A DNA stretch of 64,000 bases from Methanocellales archaeon (GTDB taxonomy: Archaea; Halobacteriota; UBA148; JAUWXC01). Positions 9,478 to 19,200 of this stretch are shown here, piece by piece. The translations under genes were made by a program, and so were the position numbers. The notes below the pieces were generated by a model, which was not told the DNA's origin, made no database searches, and saw only the letters and a program-made list of their open reading frames with translations. The DNA lies in contig JAUWQV010000002.1 in NCBI GenBank assembly GCA_030610945.1, forward strand, positions 28,633 to 92,632, written 5' to 3'. Within the stretch, counting starts at the first letter, position 1. Each line of letters opens with the position of its first letter.

Positions 9478-10323
9478 CTAGGTGGTGACATCTGCGATGC
9501 TCTTCCCAGTCCTATCCATGTACAGACGAGCCCACCATACAATGGTCAGGGGCGCTATGACGACTATGGATAATATCATGTTGATCACTGGCCAGATGAA
9601 CACCATGTAAGGTATCATCTCCGCTATCTGGGAGATTAGACCAAGGCCCAACGAAATCGCCATTATTAAAATCCATATCATGAGCACGCCCAACTTATTG
9701 TCCAAGAAAAAACCTACGCCCTTCTTGATTCCTTGAATTGCGCCGATGTTGTCAATGACAATTACATATTTCACTGCAATGAACACGATGCTCATAATAA
9801 TGACATATAGTGCGAAGATCACCACTCCTCCTATGAACAGCGGGTCATACATTATTGCATCTATGGGTGCGTACAAAAGACTAGGGATTACAAAGATGAT
9901 TCCTATGAGCATGATCAAACCAACGATTATGTCGGCGAAGAACACAGATATAAAACTCTTTTTTCCCTGCTCAACCATATCTGATAATGTGGTGCGTCCA
10001 CTTTCCGTCGCCCTCTTTGCCATCCCAATGGCTCCTGCCGAAAAGAAAGCACCGATCAAACCTACTAAAACGATGAAGATGATGAATGCCAGCGCGATTA
10101 TCCCAATCATTGGTCCTATTTGCCCGAGTAACAGTTCAGGCGTCAGATCCTCTGGAGATACTGCCATCAGCGGCCCCAATACTACGACTACTGTCGCCAT
10201 CACCATCGCGATGGTCAATATCACCATTACTATTATGTTCAAGATGATGGGTACACAGATGTTCAGGTTCTTCTTCCACGCGTCAAATCCGTTTTTCAAT
10301 ATGGATTCTATATTTTCTGGCAT
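9478..10323 (-). CDS. Polytopic membrane protein, unknown function
   Basis: 281 aa with about 6-8 hydrophobic helices. Its start abuts the purB stop (10323/10324), so it is probably co-transcribed. No family recognised by eye. Confidence 0.5.
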   Translation of the reverse strand: MPENIESILKNGFDAWKKNLNICVPIILNIIVMVILTIAMVMATVVVVLGPLMAVSPEDLTPELLLGQIGPMIGIIALAFIIFIVLVGLIGAFFSAGAIGMAKRATESGRTTLSDMVEQGKKSFISVFFADIIVGLIMLIGIIFVIPSLLYAPIDAIMYDPLFIGGVVIFALYVIIMSIVFIAVKYVIVIDNIGAIQGIKKGVGFFLDNKLGVLMIWILIMAISLGLGLISQIAEMIPYMVFIWPVINMILSIVVIAPLTIVWWARLYMDRTGKSIADVTT

Positions 10324-11655
10324 TTATTTCAACCTCTTCACGATTTCTTCGACGCGCTCTACTGCATTGCCAAGATAGTTCTCTGGGTTCATCAATTGCT
10401 CTATCTCATCTGGCGCGAGATATTTGGTTATTCTCGCCTCCTTGCACAAGACGTCCTTCATGTGCTCGCCGGTTTCGCGCGCTTTCATGGCACACTCTCT
10501 TACGATTTCATGCGCATTCTGGCGGCCTACACCTTTCCTTGCAAGCCCTATCATCACCGCTTCTGCCATGTTCAGCCCCTTCATCATCACGAGATTTCTC
10601 TTGATGTTCTCATGATTGAATCTCAGGTTTTCGAGAGCGTCTGCCGTTAGTTTGAGGATATGGTCAGTGAGAATCGTTGATTCTGGAAGGATGATTCGCT
10701 CACAGGATGAATTTGTAAGGTCGCGTTCATCCCAGAGCGTGTTGTTCAACAGGGCAGGCTCGACGTGCCCCCTTATCACCCTCGCAAGGCCGCATACCTG
10801 CTCTGATTTAATAGGATTGCGCTTGTGTGGCATCGTGGACGAGCCGACCTGCCCTCTGCCAAATTCTTCTTCAACTTCAGCGATCTCGCTGCGCTGCAGG
10901 ATTCTTACTTCAGTGCATATCTTGTCAAGCGTAGTGGCGACGTTTGCCAGGAATGACACATATTCTGCATGTCTATCGCGCTGTATGACCTGGTTTGACG
11001 CGTCAACGGCACCCAATCCAAGATATTTCATCGTCCTTTTTTCAACCTCTCTTGCAGATGAGCCAAAAGCAGCTCCAGTGCCTACAGCACCGCTCATCTG
11101 GCCCACGAGAATGCGGGGCTTCAACTCTTCCAAGCGCTGAATATGCCTCTCAACCTCGCATGCCCAAATAGCGAATCTGAGTCCGTATGTGGTTGGGATG
11201 CCGATTTGCCCATGCGTCCTGCCTGCACAGACCGTGCACTTGTGCTTTTTGGCATGGTCAAGTAACACATTCCTCAGCGTCTTCAATTTTTCTTCCAAGA
11301 GCGCTGTAGCATCTCTGAATTGAAGCGCAAGCCCTGTGTCTGTTATATCATTAGAAGTAGCACCAAAGTGAACCCACTTGCCATCATCGCCGCACACCTC
11401 TGTAAGTGCCAAAACCATGGCCATTACATCGTGCCTAATTTTATCCTCGATATCCTTGACCCGTTCAACCTTGACTTTGTTTACGCTGGCGCTAATCGTT
11501 TTTGCGGATTTCTTGGGAATTAATCCAATATCTGCCTCTGCTTTTGCCAGCGCAGCCTCAACCTCTAAAAATTTGCGAAGCCTGGCATTCTCGGTCCAAA
11601 TCTCTTTCATCTCTGGTGTGCCGTATCGGTATTCAATTGGGTGAATTGCCATCAT
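10324..11655 (-). CDS. purB: Adenylosuccinate lyase
   Basis: 443 aa. PIEYRYGTPEM, FGATSNDI, GSSTMPHKRNP (fumarate-lyase signature). Confidence 0.9.
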   Translation of the reverse strand: MMAIHPIEYRYGTPEMKEIWTENARLRKFLEVEAALAKAEADIGLIPKKSAKTISASVNKVKVERVKDIEDKIRHDVMAMVLALTEVCGDDGKWVHFGATSNDITDTGLALQFRDATALLEEKLKTLRNVLLDHAKKHKCTVCAGRTHGQIGIPTTYGLRFAIWACEVERHIQRLEELKPRILVGQMSGAVGTGAAFGSSAREVEKRTMKYLGLGAVDASNQVIQRDRHAEYVSFLANVATTLDKICTEVRILQRSEIAEVEEEFGRGQVGSSTMPHKRNPIKSEQVCGLARVIRGHVEPALLNNTLWDERDLTNSSCERIILPESTILTDHILKLTADALENLRFNHENIKRNLVMMKGLNMAEAVMIGLARKGVGRQNAHEIVRECAMKARETGEHMKDVLCKEARITKYLAPDEIEQLMNPENYLGNAVERVEEIVKRLK

Positions 11656-11763
11656 ATCTCCTAAAAACGTTATTTCCTCTGATGATTAAAGTATTTATCT
11701 TAACCCCCCATCAACGTAGGCAAAACATTAAAACGGTTGCCAACCTCCTTTAGGTAGATTTAA

Positions 11764-12747
11764 ATGGATAAACTTGCGCTGATAACGAGGAACGTCGAAG
11801 AAGTTGTTACACTTGACGGGCTTCAAACATTGCTAGCCACCAAAAAACATCCACGAGCATACGTGGGTTATGAACCCTCTGGAAAAATCCATCTGGGGCA
11901 TGTCCTTACTGTGAACAAATTAATCGATTTGCAAAATGCTGGATTTGATATAACTGTGCTTCTGGCGGATTTGCATGCATATTTAAATGAAAAAGGGGAA
12001 CTCGAAGAAATTCGGGAAATGGCAAGAGAAAATAGAAGGGCATTTGTGGCTCTGGGACTCGATCCAGATAAGACGACATTCGTGCTTGGCGGCTCAGACG
12101 AATGTGGTTTTTCAGATAAAGACGGTTTTCAAATGACCCCTAAATATCAAATGCGGTGGCAAAAGTTGATGCAGCGCATTCCTGAAAAAAGAGCTATAAG
12201 GAGCATGATGCTCCTGGCCAGGGATCCTGATAATATGAAAGCTTCTCATATAATATATCCTATCCTGCAGGTTGCAGATATGATCGAGCTTGGTATAGAC
12301 GTTGCAGTAGGTGGCATGGACCAGCGCAAGATTCACATGCTCGCACGAGATGTTTTGCCAAAGATAGGTTTAGAAGCGCCCATTTGCATACATACACCCA
12401 TTTTAGTGGGATTGGATGGGGCAAAAATGTCCTCATCAAAGGGCAATTACATATCTGTTGACGATTCGCCAGAAGATATCCACCGAAAAATCATCAACGC
12501 TTTCTGCTTCCCAAAGGTGGTAAAAGATAATCCTGTGTTGGAGCTGTTCAAGTATCACATCTTCCCCAGATTCTCCGAGGCGGTCATCAAGCGCTCACCC
12601 AAATTTGGCGGCGACCTGCATTACACACGATATAATGATCTGGAGGGGGAGTATATATCTGGGGCAGTACATCCACTAGATGTTAAGAATTGCGCTGTTG
12701 AATATATGAATAAAATTTTGGAGCCGGTGAGGAAGGTGTTAGCCTGA
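11764..12747 (+). CDS. tyrS: Tyrosyl-tRNA synthetase (archaeal type)
   Basis: 327 aa. [12 protein letters not shown] (HIGH), [17 protein letters not shown] (KMSKS). Close to the M. jannaschii TyrRS layout, with ~10 extra residues around 110-135. Confidence 0.9.
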   Translation: MDKLALITRNVEEVVTLDGLQTLLATKKHPRAYVGYEPSGKIHLGHVLTVNKLIDLQNAGFDITVLLADLHAYLNEKGELEEIREMARENRRAFVALGLDPDKTTFVLGGSDECGFSDKDGFQMTPKYQMRWQKLMQRIPEKRAIRSMMLLARDPDNMKASHIIYPILQVADMIELGIDVAVGGMDQRKIHMLARDVLPKIGLEAPICIHTPILVGLDGAKMSSSKGNYISVDDSPEDIHRKIINAFCFPKVVKDNPVLELFKYHIFPRFSEAVIKRSPKFGGDLHYTRYNDLEGEYISGAVHPLDVKNCAVEYMNKILEPVRKVLA

Positions 12748-12779
12748 ATAGGAAGCATGCGAATGGGAACGAAGAGGTA

Positions 12780-13046
12780 GTGCGCGTCAGAGTTCCGCGA
12801 GAGCGAGACAGGGAAGTACTGGGAATTGTAGAGAGGCTGCTTGGCGCCAATAGGCTAAGAGTACGATGCATGGATGGAAAAGTCAGGCTTGCACGAATAC
12901 CAGGCAAGATGAAAAAACGAATTTGGATACGCGAAGGCGACGTTGTAATCGTCGTGCCCTGGAGCTTTCAGGATGAGAAGGCAGATGTGGTCTGGAGATA
13001 TACATTCCCGCAAGTGGGCTGGTTGCAGCGTAAAGGCTTTTTGTAG
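12780..13046 (+). CDS. eif1a: Translation initiation factor aIF-1A
   Basis: 88 aa from [55 protein letters not shown] is the S1-like eIF1A core. The upstream in-frame codons (..NGNEEV) have no ATG. Confidence 0.85.
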   Translation: MRVRVPRERDREVLGIVERLLGANRLRVRCMDGKVRLARIPGKMKKRIWIREGDVVIVVPWSFQDEKADVVWRYTFPQVGWLQRKGFL

Positions 13047-13052
13047 GGCATA

Positions 13053-13823
13053 ATGAAGGAAGAAGAGCGCATCGATAGGGAACTTGGGCGGTTACGTAAA
13101 AGGCTGAAGGACTCAGAGGACCTAAAAATCTGGGGCAGGGTGCTTGATGTTCCAACGCTTAAGGCGCTTTACCATCTTTCTAACAAGAAGGTCATTCTTG
13201 CCATGGGCGGCGTGGTGAGTACGGGAAAGGAGGCGCATGTTTTTCATGCTCTTGGCTCCGAGGGCGAGGTGGCCGTGAAGATATATCGAATCGCTACTAG
13301 TGACTTCAATACAATGCAGGATTATATAATCGGAGACCCACGGTTTAAAGGCATCCCAAAAAATAAAAAAGATGTAGTGCTTGTATGGGCTAAAAAGGAG
13401 CTGCGGAATTTAGCGGTGGCGCATGAAGCGGGCGTAAGAGTTCCAGTGCCAATTGCCGTGAGGCGTAACATCTTGGTGATGGAGTTCATTGGAAAAGATG
13501 GCGTTAGGGCACCATTGCTGCAGGAGATTGCACACGAGATTGATGCCCAGAAAGAGTTCAAGGCAGTAGTGGATAATATAAAACTTCTTTATAATAAGGC
13601 AAAACTGGTTCATGCTGACCTGAGCGAGTACAACATCCTATATCATAATGGCCCCATGTTTATCGATATGGGACAGGCTGTTAGCAGAGAGCACCCTAAT
13701 GCTGAAGCGTTCTTTCACAGGGATGTAAAAAATGTCGTCAGGTTTTTCAAAAAACTGGGCGTGGAATGTTCGGAAGAAGGGGTAATTACAAGAATCAAGG
13801 GTGGTCAAAATGATTCACATTAA
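13053..13823 (+). CDS. rio1: RIO-type serine/threonine kinase (Rio1)
   Basis: 256 aa. STGKEAHVF, AVKIYR, LVHADLSEYNIL, IDMGQAV are RIO kinase motifs. The conserved aIF1A-Rio1-KH gene order is present. Confidence 0.85.
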   Translation: MKEEERIDRELGRLRKRLKDSEDLKIWGRVLDVPTLKALYHLSNKKVILAMGGVVSTGKEAHVFHALGSEGEVAVKIYRIATSDFNTMQDYIIGDPRFKGIPKNKKDVVLVWAKKELRNLAVAHEAGVRVPVPIAVRRNILVMEFIGKDGVRAPLLQEIAHEIDAQKEFKAVVDNIKLLYNKAKLVHADLSEYNILYHNGPMFIDMGQAVSREHPNAEAFFHRDVKNVVRFFKKLGVECSEEGVITRIKGGQNDSH

Positions 13824-14337
13824 GATTCCCAGCGAGAGAGTTGCCGTGTTGATTGGCGTTGATGGGAGCACTAAAAGGCAGATAGAGAAACGGTCTGGCG
13901 CCACGCTTAGGATTGACAGTGCAAGCGGAAGCGTTACAATTGACTCTCCAAATTCCCTGAATGTAATGAGGGCGGGCGATGTGGTCAAAGCCATTGGCAG
14001 AGGGTTTAGCCCGGAACATGCATTACGATTGTTCGATGATGAGGCGCTTGTGCTTGATTTAATCGATTTATCCGACATGACGCAGAAGGATGTGAAGAGG
14101 GTTAAGGGGAGAATCATCGGAAAGAACGGCAGGACACGGGAGTTAATCGAGAGCTTGCTTGACGTGAAAGTATCCATTTATGAAAAAACAGTCGGCATAA
14201 TAGGCGATATCACTTGTGTGCAAGTGGCGCGAAAGGCGATTGAAATGCTAATCGAGGGCACCCCTCACGGCACCGTGTACTCATATCTTGAAAAGAAAAG
14301 GCGGGAATGGAAAGGTCTGCGGGGATTTGGGTTATAA
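13801..14337 (+). CDS. KH-domain RNA-binding protein (Dim2/Pno1-like)
   Basis: 178 aa with two KH modules (IGVDGSTKRQIEKRSGA; IIGKNGRTRELIE). GTG 13801 or ATG 13810; overlaps the rio1 end. Confidence 0.75.
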   Translation: MVKMIHIKIPSERVAVLIGVDGSTKRQIEKRSGATLRIDSASGSVTIDSPNSLNVMRAGDVVKAIGRGFSPEHALRLFDDEALVLDLIDLSDMTQKDVKRVKGRIIGKNGRTRELIESLLDVKVSIYEKTVGIIGDITCVQVARKAIEMLIEGTPHGTVYSYLEKKRREWKGLRGFGL

Positions 14338-14384
14338 CACAATCGTTAAGTAATAGAGTGGGTGAATAATGCAATGGTGGTCTC

Positions 14385-15071
14385 ATGAGGGGTATTATAA
14401 ATGAGCCGAATCTGAAGGTACTTGCGCTATTTGGGTTTATTTTGCCGCCACTCCTTTATCTATGTTATACAGGGGAAATTGGGTCCGCGCTGGGTCTTGA
14501 TTCGTATTTATTATTCGTACTGCTTGTCGCAATGCTGGTGTTCAGCGTTTTGGAGATTCCTGTGTTTAGGCTGAAAACGAGAAAGCCAAATTATACAGGT
14601 GGCGAGGCAAGGTTGCTTGGCGAACTGTATTCCGTGCCAGTAGAGGAGGAACTGAGCGCCGGCAGCCCATCTGTATATGACACCAAGATTACGCTTAACA
14701 TCGGCGGCTTTGTTCTTCCCCTGTTGCTGGCGTTTTATGTTGTGTCTCTCGCGCCTTTCCTTGAGACGCTGTCGGTTGCGTTAATTATGATACTATCCAC
14801 GCATTTTCTATCTAGATTAGAGGCAGGGGTGGGCATCATCGTGCCGAGTTATGTCGCACTCATTTCCATTCCCTTTGCGCTCATACTGGCGCCAGGAAGT
14901 ATAGCAACTATAATCCTCGTTGGTGGCGTTTTGGGCATTTTGATCGGAATGATGACGCTGCTTTATCCAATAGAGGAAGGCAGCGCTTTTCTCAATCTTG
15001 GCGGAGTGGGCAGTTTTGAAGCAATATATATCACGGTATTGCTAGCCGTGATACTATCATTTTTTGTTTAA
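14385..15071 (+). CDS. Integral membrane protein (possibly DUF1614-like)
   Basis: 228 aa with at least 6 hydrophobic segments. The family guess rests on size and topology only. Confidence 0.45.
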   Translation: MRGIINEPNLKVLALFGFILPPLLYLCYTGEIGSALGLDSYLLFVLLVAMLVFSVLEIPVFRLKTRKPNYTGGEARLLGELYSVPVEEELSAGSPSVYDTKITLNIGGFVLPLLLAFYVVSLAPFLETLSVALIMILSTHFLSRLEAGVGIIVPSYVALISIPFALILAPGSIATIILVGGVLGILIGMMTLLYPIEEGSAFLNLGGVGSFEAIYITVLLAVILSFFV

Positions 15072-15086
15072 GCTCTAAAAATTACG

Positions 15087-15800
15087 TTAACGATACAATA
15101 ACTTCACGATTTCCAGGACCTCGTTCATGCTGGTTATGGTGAAGTGTGGCTTGATGCCATCTGCTGGATGCTTGCCATCTTTATTATACCATACCGAGCG
15201 AATTCCCGCTTTATTCGCTCCATTTACATCGACTCTAAGATTGTCGCCTATAAACAATGCCTCCGTTGGGTTGGTTTCCAGCCCATTAAGCGCAGCCTGG
15301 AATATTTTTGCATCGGGTTTGTACGCCCTGACGTTTTCAGAGATGGTCGTCGCGTCGAAAAGTCCTGCCAAGTCCCCTAAATGATGCGATAATTCATCAT
15401 TGTCGCCATTGGAAATCAGGCCGATTTTCACACCTTCTTTGCGTTTTAGCGTCTCAATTACCTCCCTGGTAGATGGCAATATCGTGCATCGCTGGTCCAG
15501 GAGGGTTTTGCACATTTTGTTAAGTTCATCCAGTTGCTTATCGCTTACCGAGACGCCGTACCTGAGAAGTGCGTTTTCCAAACTAACCCTATACGTCGTT
15601 CTGATGTTCATAAACGGGCGCTGCCCTTCAATGATCTTAAAGATGATAGCGTTAAACTCATCATTCCACGCCTCCCAGAAGTGGTGTTGGTTTATGCCGC
15701 ACCCTACTCCATCCAATACCTGCGCTGAAAGGTCATGGTAGTAATTCTCTAACTCAAGCAGTGTTCCATATGCGTCAAAGAAGACCGTTTTTAGGCTCAT
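15087..15800 (-). CDS. HAD-superfamily hydrolase (haloacid-dehalogenase type II-like)
   Basis: 237 aa. Motif I FFDAYGTLL, motif II LISNG, motif IV GDNLRVDVNGANKAG. Confidence 0.75.
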   Translation of the reverse strand: MSLKTVFFDAYGTLLELENYYHDLSAQVLDGVGCGINQHHFWEAWNDEFNAIIFKIIEGQRPFMNIRTTYRVSLENALLRYGVSVSDKQLDELNKMCKTLLDQRCTILPSTREVIETLKRKEGVKIGLISNGDNDELSHHLGDLAGLFDATTISENVRAYKPDAKIFQAALNGLETNPTEALFIGDNLRVDVNGANKAGIRSVWYNKDGKHPADGIKPHFTITSMNEVLEIVKLLYR

Positions 15801-15840
15801 CAGGGTGCATTCATCTTTGGTAATAATTAAGCTTTTCGTT

Positions 15841-17019
15841 CTATTCCCTTCGCCTAATTAGATATGCGACTACCAATAGTCCGGTAATTGCGAATACAGC
15901 CTCAAACCCAGGAAGACCTGGTTTCTGCTCTGTTACGGTAAATGTTCCAGTTTGATCGTTGACATCCACACTATATGTTCCTACCTCATCTTTGATTATC
16001 ACAAACGACACCGTTTCTGTTGCTTCTGGTGCTACTGTGACGGCTATAGTTTCAACTTCAGCACCATTGATATTCAGAATTACTGTGTATACATCTTTGG
16101 TTTCACCGGTGTTCATGACGTCGACCGCGATCTTGACAGGTTTGCCTGTCTCAACTTCAACAGGACTGATCACAAGATTCCTGACTGTGAACGCCGCACT
16201 TTTCAGCACTCTGAACGTTTCTACCTGGTCACCAACTGCCACATTGTATATCCCTACTGCATCTTTGGTTACTGGACTGAATGTCACTGTTTCTGTCGCT
16301 CCCGGTGCTACCGTGACATCCTTGGCCTCTACCTCTCCCTCATCGATTCTCAGTATTGCTTTGTACGTATCCTCAAGGTAACCTGTATTCGTGACATCAA
16401 CTGCAATTGTGACGGGCTTGCCTATCGCAACTTTGGCTGGATTAATCACGAGATTGCTGATTGCAAAAGGCATGGGTAGTATAAACCTTTCGAGTTTTTC
16501 ATCCACAATCTCTGTTAACGTTCTAGGTTCTGTGTTGCCATAGACCAACACCACAAAATTATCGTTTCTGAAAATCACTCCCCCTTCCTGAACTCCCTGC
16601 GGAGGGATAACGATGCATTCATCCCCAAATTCATAAGTTAACTCATAAGTTAGATCGCTGCCAACATCGGTTCTCATAAGCGAGAAAAACGCTCTAGCGT
16701 CTGTGACAGAGGAGAATTCAAAAATAATATAGTGATTAGTAGTAGGAATTATTTCAACTTCTTCTATATAAACAGGTCTCATTCCATACTCTTCTTGGAA
16801 ATTATCCAACCCGTCCTGGGTGTACATCTCTGCCTTTCTTATAGTCCATCCATAAGGAAGCTCTTGTGCAGTGGGACCATATTTTGGTGTATCGATTGGC
16901 ATCGTCGTAGGTGGTAGAGGTTGTGGAGTAGGAGCCGGCACTACTTCCACAGCACCTACCATCATCGGCATCACTAACAGTGTCACTAGAATCAAAATGA
17001 TGCCAATCTTAAATTTCAT
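15841..17019 (-). CDS. Secreted surface protein: signal peptide, unknown N-domain, 2 CARDB-like modules, PGF-CTERM anchor
   Basis: 392 aa. Has an N-terminal hydrophobic signal (MKFKIGIILILVTLLVMPMMVGA), two ~90-aa internal repeats, and a C-terminus PGLPGFEAVFAITGLLVVAYLIRRRE (PGF motif + TM + basic tail). Confidence 0.7.
   Translation of the reverse strand: MKFKIGIILILVTLLVMPMMVGAVEVVPAPTPQPLPPTTMPIDTPKYGPTAQELPYGWTIRKAEMYTQDGLDNFQEEYGMRPVYIEEVEIIPTTNHYIIFEFSSVTDARAFFSLMRTDVGSDLTYELTYEFGDECIVIPPQGVQEGGVIFRNDNFVVLVYGNTEPRTLTEIVDEKLERFILPMPFAISNLVINPAKVAIGKPVTIAVDVTNTGYLEDTYKAILRIDEGEVEAKDVTVAPGATETVTFSPVTKDAVGIYNVAVGDQVETFRVLKSAAFTVRNLVISPVEVETGKPVKIAVDVMNTGETKDVYTVILNINGAEVETIAVTVAPEATETVSFVIIKDEVGTYSVDVNDQTGTFTVTEQKPGLPGFEAVFAITGLLVVAYLIRRRE
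15928..16467 (-). repeat. Intragenic tandem duplication (two ~90-aa CARDB/Ig-like modules)
   Basis: Residues ~185-273 (FAISNLVINPAKVAIGKPVTIAVDVTNTG...VTVAPGATETVTF...) and ~274-364 (FTVRNLVISPVEVETGKPVKIAVDVMNTG...VTVAPEATETVSF...) align residue by residue. Confidence 0.75.
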
Positions 17020-17136
17020 GTTATTCGCATCCTTTGTGGAGACCTATGTTATTTATTACGTTTTTACTTTAGATATATAGTTATACACTAGCAGTGCACA
17101 ATAATCAAAGAAACCTTTTATTACATCGTCTCCTAA

Positions 17137-17979
17137 TTGAAAGCTGTGAGCGATGTGATTGTCGAAAATCAAGTTATAAAAGCCGTCATTCAGGTGCTCA
17201 GACAGGCAGAGACAGAGCTACCGGGTGATGTCCTTTCTGCACTGAAATCTGTAAGGGACAGAGAAAGCAATCCTATCGCGAGGACGCAGCTGAGCGCCAT
17301 CATAAAAAATGCGGATTTTGCAAAAGAGAATGTCATTCCCATGTGCCAGGATACCGGCGTTCCCGTTTTTTTTGTTGACGTTGGACGCGAGGCAATGATA
17401 AACTTCGACCTGGAGGAAGCAATCAGGAAGGGCGTAGCCAGGGCAACAGAGGAAATACCGCTCAGGCCAAACGCCGTGCATCCCCTCACAAGGGAGAACT
17501 CTGGCAATGTTGGCGTGGGCTTCCCGGATGTGAACTTTGATTTTGTTCCTGGGAAGAACATCAAAATTACCGTGATGCCGAAAGGGGGCGGCGCGGAAAA
17601 TATGTCTGTGCTGCGGATGTTTACGCCGTCAGAAGTGGACGATGTAAAGCACTTCATCATCGAGACCGTAAAAAATGCGGGTGGCAAACCATGTCCGCCA
17701 ATCATCGTGGGCGTAGGAATCGGTGGCACGTTTGACAAGTCTGCAAGACTTGCCAAGAAAGCTGCGCTGAGGCGATTGGATGTGCCATCAGACGACCTCG
17801 AGCAGGAGTTATTGGAGGAGATTAACTCGCTCGGCATAGGCCCAATGGGCCTTGGAGGAGACACTACTGCGTTGAAGGTGAATATAGAATACGCGCACTG
17901 CCATGTCGCATCATTGCCAGTAGCGATAAACATCCAGTGCTGGGCTGCCAGGAGAGCGTCAGTCACGCTGGAGGGATGA
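17137..17979 (+). CDS. Class I fumarate hydratase / tartrate dehydratase, alpha (N-terminal) subunit
   Basis: 280 aa (TTG start). PMCQDTGVPVFFV, MPKGGGAENMS, INIQCWA are class I Fe-S hydrolyase motifs. Confidence 0.9.
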   Translation: MKAVSDVIVENQVIKAVIQVLRQAETELPGDVLSALKSVRDRESNPIARTQLSAIIKNADFAKENVIPMCQDTGVPVFFVDVGREAMINFDLEEAIRKGVARATEEIPLRPNAVHPLTRENSGNVGVGFPDVNFDFVPGKNIKITVMPKGGGAENMSVLRMFTPSEVDDVKHFIIETVKNAGGKPCPPIIVGVGIGGTFDKSARLAKKAALRRLDVPSDDLEQELLEEINSLGIGPMGLGGDTTALKVNIEYAHCHVASLPVAINIQCWAARRASVTLEG

Positions 17980-17980
17980 G

Positions 17981-18538
17981 ATGGAGCATACGCTGAGAAC
18001 GCCGCTGAGTAAGGCCGACATAATAAAGCCAAGGGCAGGGGATATCGTGTACCTGGATGGTATCATCCTTACTGCCAGGGACACGGCACATGAACGATTA
18101 TTGTCTTCAGAGAAGATTCCATTTGATTTGAGCGGTGCAGCCATCTTTCACTGCGGACCGCTGATGAGGAAGAATAAGAAATGGACTCCGATTGCCGTAG
18201 GGCCAACGACCAGTGCCAGGATGAGCAAGATGACGCCGGAGTTATTGGAAAAATATGGCATCAGGGCCATCATCGGCAAAGGCGGGATGAATGGTGTTGT
18301 GGACGCGCTGTATGAAAAGTGCATCTATCTGGCATATCCCGGGGGGTGTGCTGCCATCGCAACCGACCAGATCAAACGTGTCAAGGAAGTTCACTGGCTC
18401 GATCTTGGAATGCCTGAGGCAGTATGGGTTTTTGAAGTAAAGCAGTTTGGGCCGCTCATCGTGGGAATTGATGCACATGGAAACGATTTATATGCAGAAG
18501 TTGAAAAGAGAGCGAACGAACAGATAAAATCGCTTTAA
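17981..18538 (+). CDS. Class I fumarate hydratase, beta (C-terminal) subunit
   Basis: 185 aa. GDIVYLDGIILTARDTAH, GPTTSARM, AIIGKGGM. Starts 1 nt after the alpha subunit stop. Confidence 0.9.
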   Translation: MEHTLRTPLSKADIIKPRAGDIVYLDGIILTARDTAHERLLSSEKIPFDLSGAAIFHCGPLMRKNKKWTPIAVGPTTSARMSKMTPELLEKYGIRAIIGKGGMNGVVDALYEKCIYLAYPGGCAAIATDQIKRVKEVHWLDLGMPEAVWVFEVKQFGPLIVGIDAHGNDLYAEVEKRANEQIKSL

Positions 18539-18632
18539 GCAATAAGCAGCGTGAAATTTCCGTATGGCATCACTATAACTTTGCCATCCTTTCGTTGATT
18601 GACGCCAACCTCACTTTTTCCATATCCCAGCG

Positions 18633-19148
18633 CTAGGCGACTCGTCTCTCCTCGGCGAGTTCGATCCTTTGACCCCTGACGGCTAACTTATTAGATCGCT
18701 TTGCCACTCCCTTAATAAATAAAGCCTCCCTGTTCAACACCCTGCACAATCCGGTCAACGAGGTGTTTCCACTCTTTACTTCATCCATAATCTTCTCAGT
18801 TGTTTCTTGAAGGCAGTCTTCGTGGGCGGCTGCTATCATAATTAAATCGCTCAAATCGTCTAACCCGCATTGAAAATTGACCTGCACTCTTGAGTAGGAG
18901 GCGTGAAACTCTTTATCAGGCGTCTTGCCAGGCTCTGGCATTCTCCACTGGCTTTCTAACAATCCGCATTTTTGGAGCGCTTCAATGCTCTTTCCAGCAT
19001 CGCTTCCGATTAATTTTTCAAGTTCTTGCTCTGTCGTCCAGTCAGTCGAAAGTTCGTGGAGCGCTTTTTTATATGTACCTGAGCTGAACATTCGCAACAG
19101 TGGAACCAAATCAGCAGGGTCATTTATAACTCGAGTTCGCTTTGGCAT
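18633..19148 (-). CDS. Conserved hypothetical protein (possible winged-helix regulator)
   Basis: 171 aa, soluble, no catalytic motif seen. The N-terminal part is helix-rich, like wHTH proteins. Weak call. Confidence 0.35.
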   Translation of the reverse strand: MPKRTRVINDPADLVPLLRMFSSGTYKKALHELSTDWTTEQELEKLIGSDAGKSIEALQKCGLLESQWRMPEPGKTPDKEFHASYSRVQVNFQCGLDDLSDLIMIAAAHEDCLQETTEKIMDEVKSGNTSLTGLCRVLNREALFIKGVAKRSNKLAVRGQRIELAEERRVA

Positions 19149-19200
19149 CTATATCCTCAAAAGGTATTTCTTTTCAAATCCAATAAAGCTTTGGAAGAGT

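Noticed and set aside
11676-11700. C/D-box sRNA candidate (CTGATGA) in the purB-tyrS spacer
   Set aside because: Only a C-box-like heptamer with C at the R position is present. There is no D box (CTGA) or terminal stem within the next ~70 nt.
17190-18032. 280-aa ORF antisense to the fumarate hydratase alpha subunit
   Set aside because: It is a mirror ORF with the same span as the sense gene, and its translation is low-complexity (Ser/Ala/Pro/Thr-rich). The sense strand carries clear class I hydrolyase motifs.
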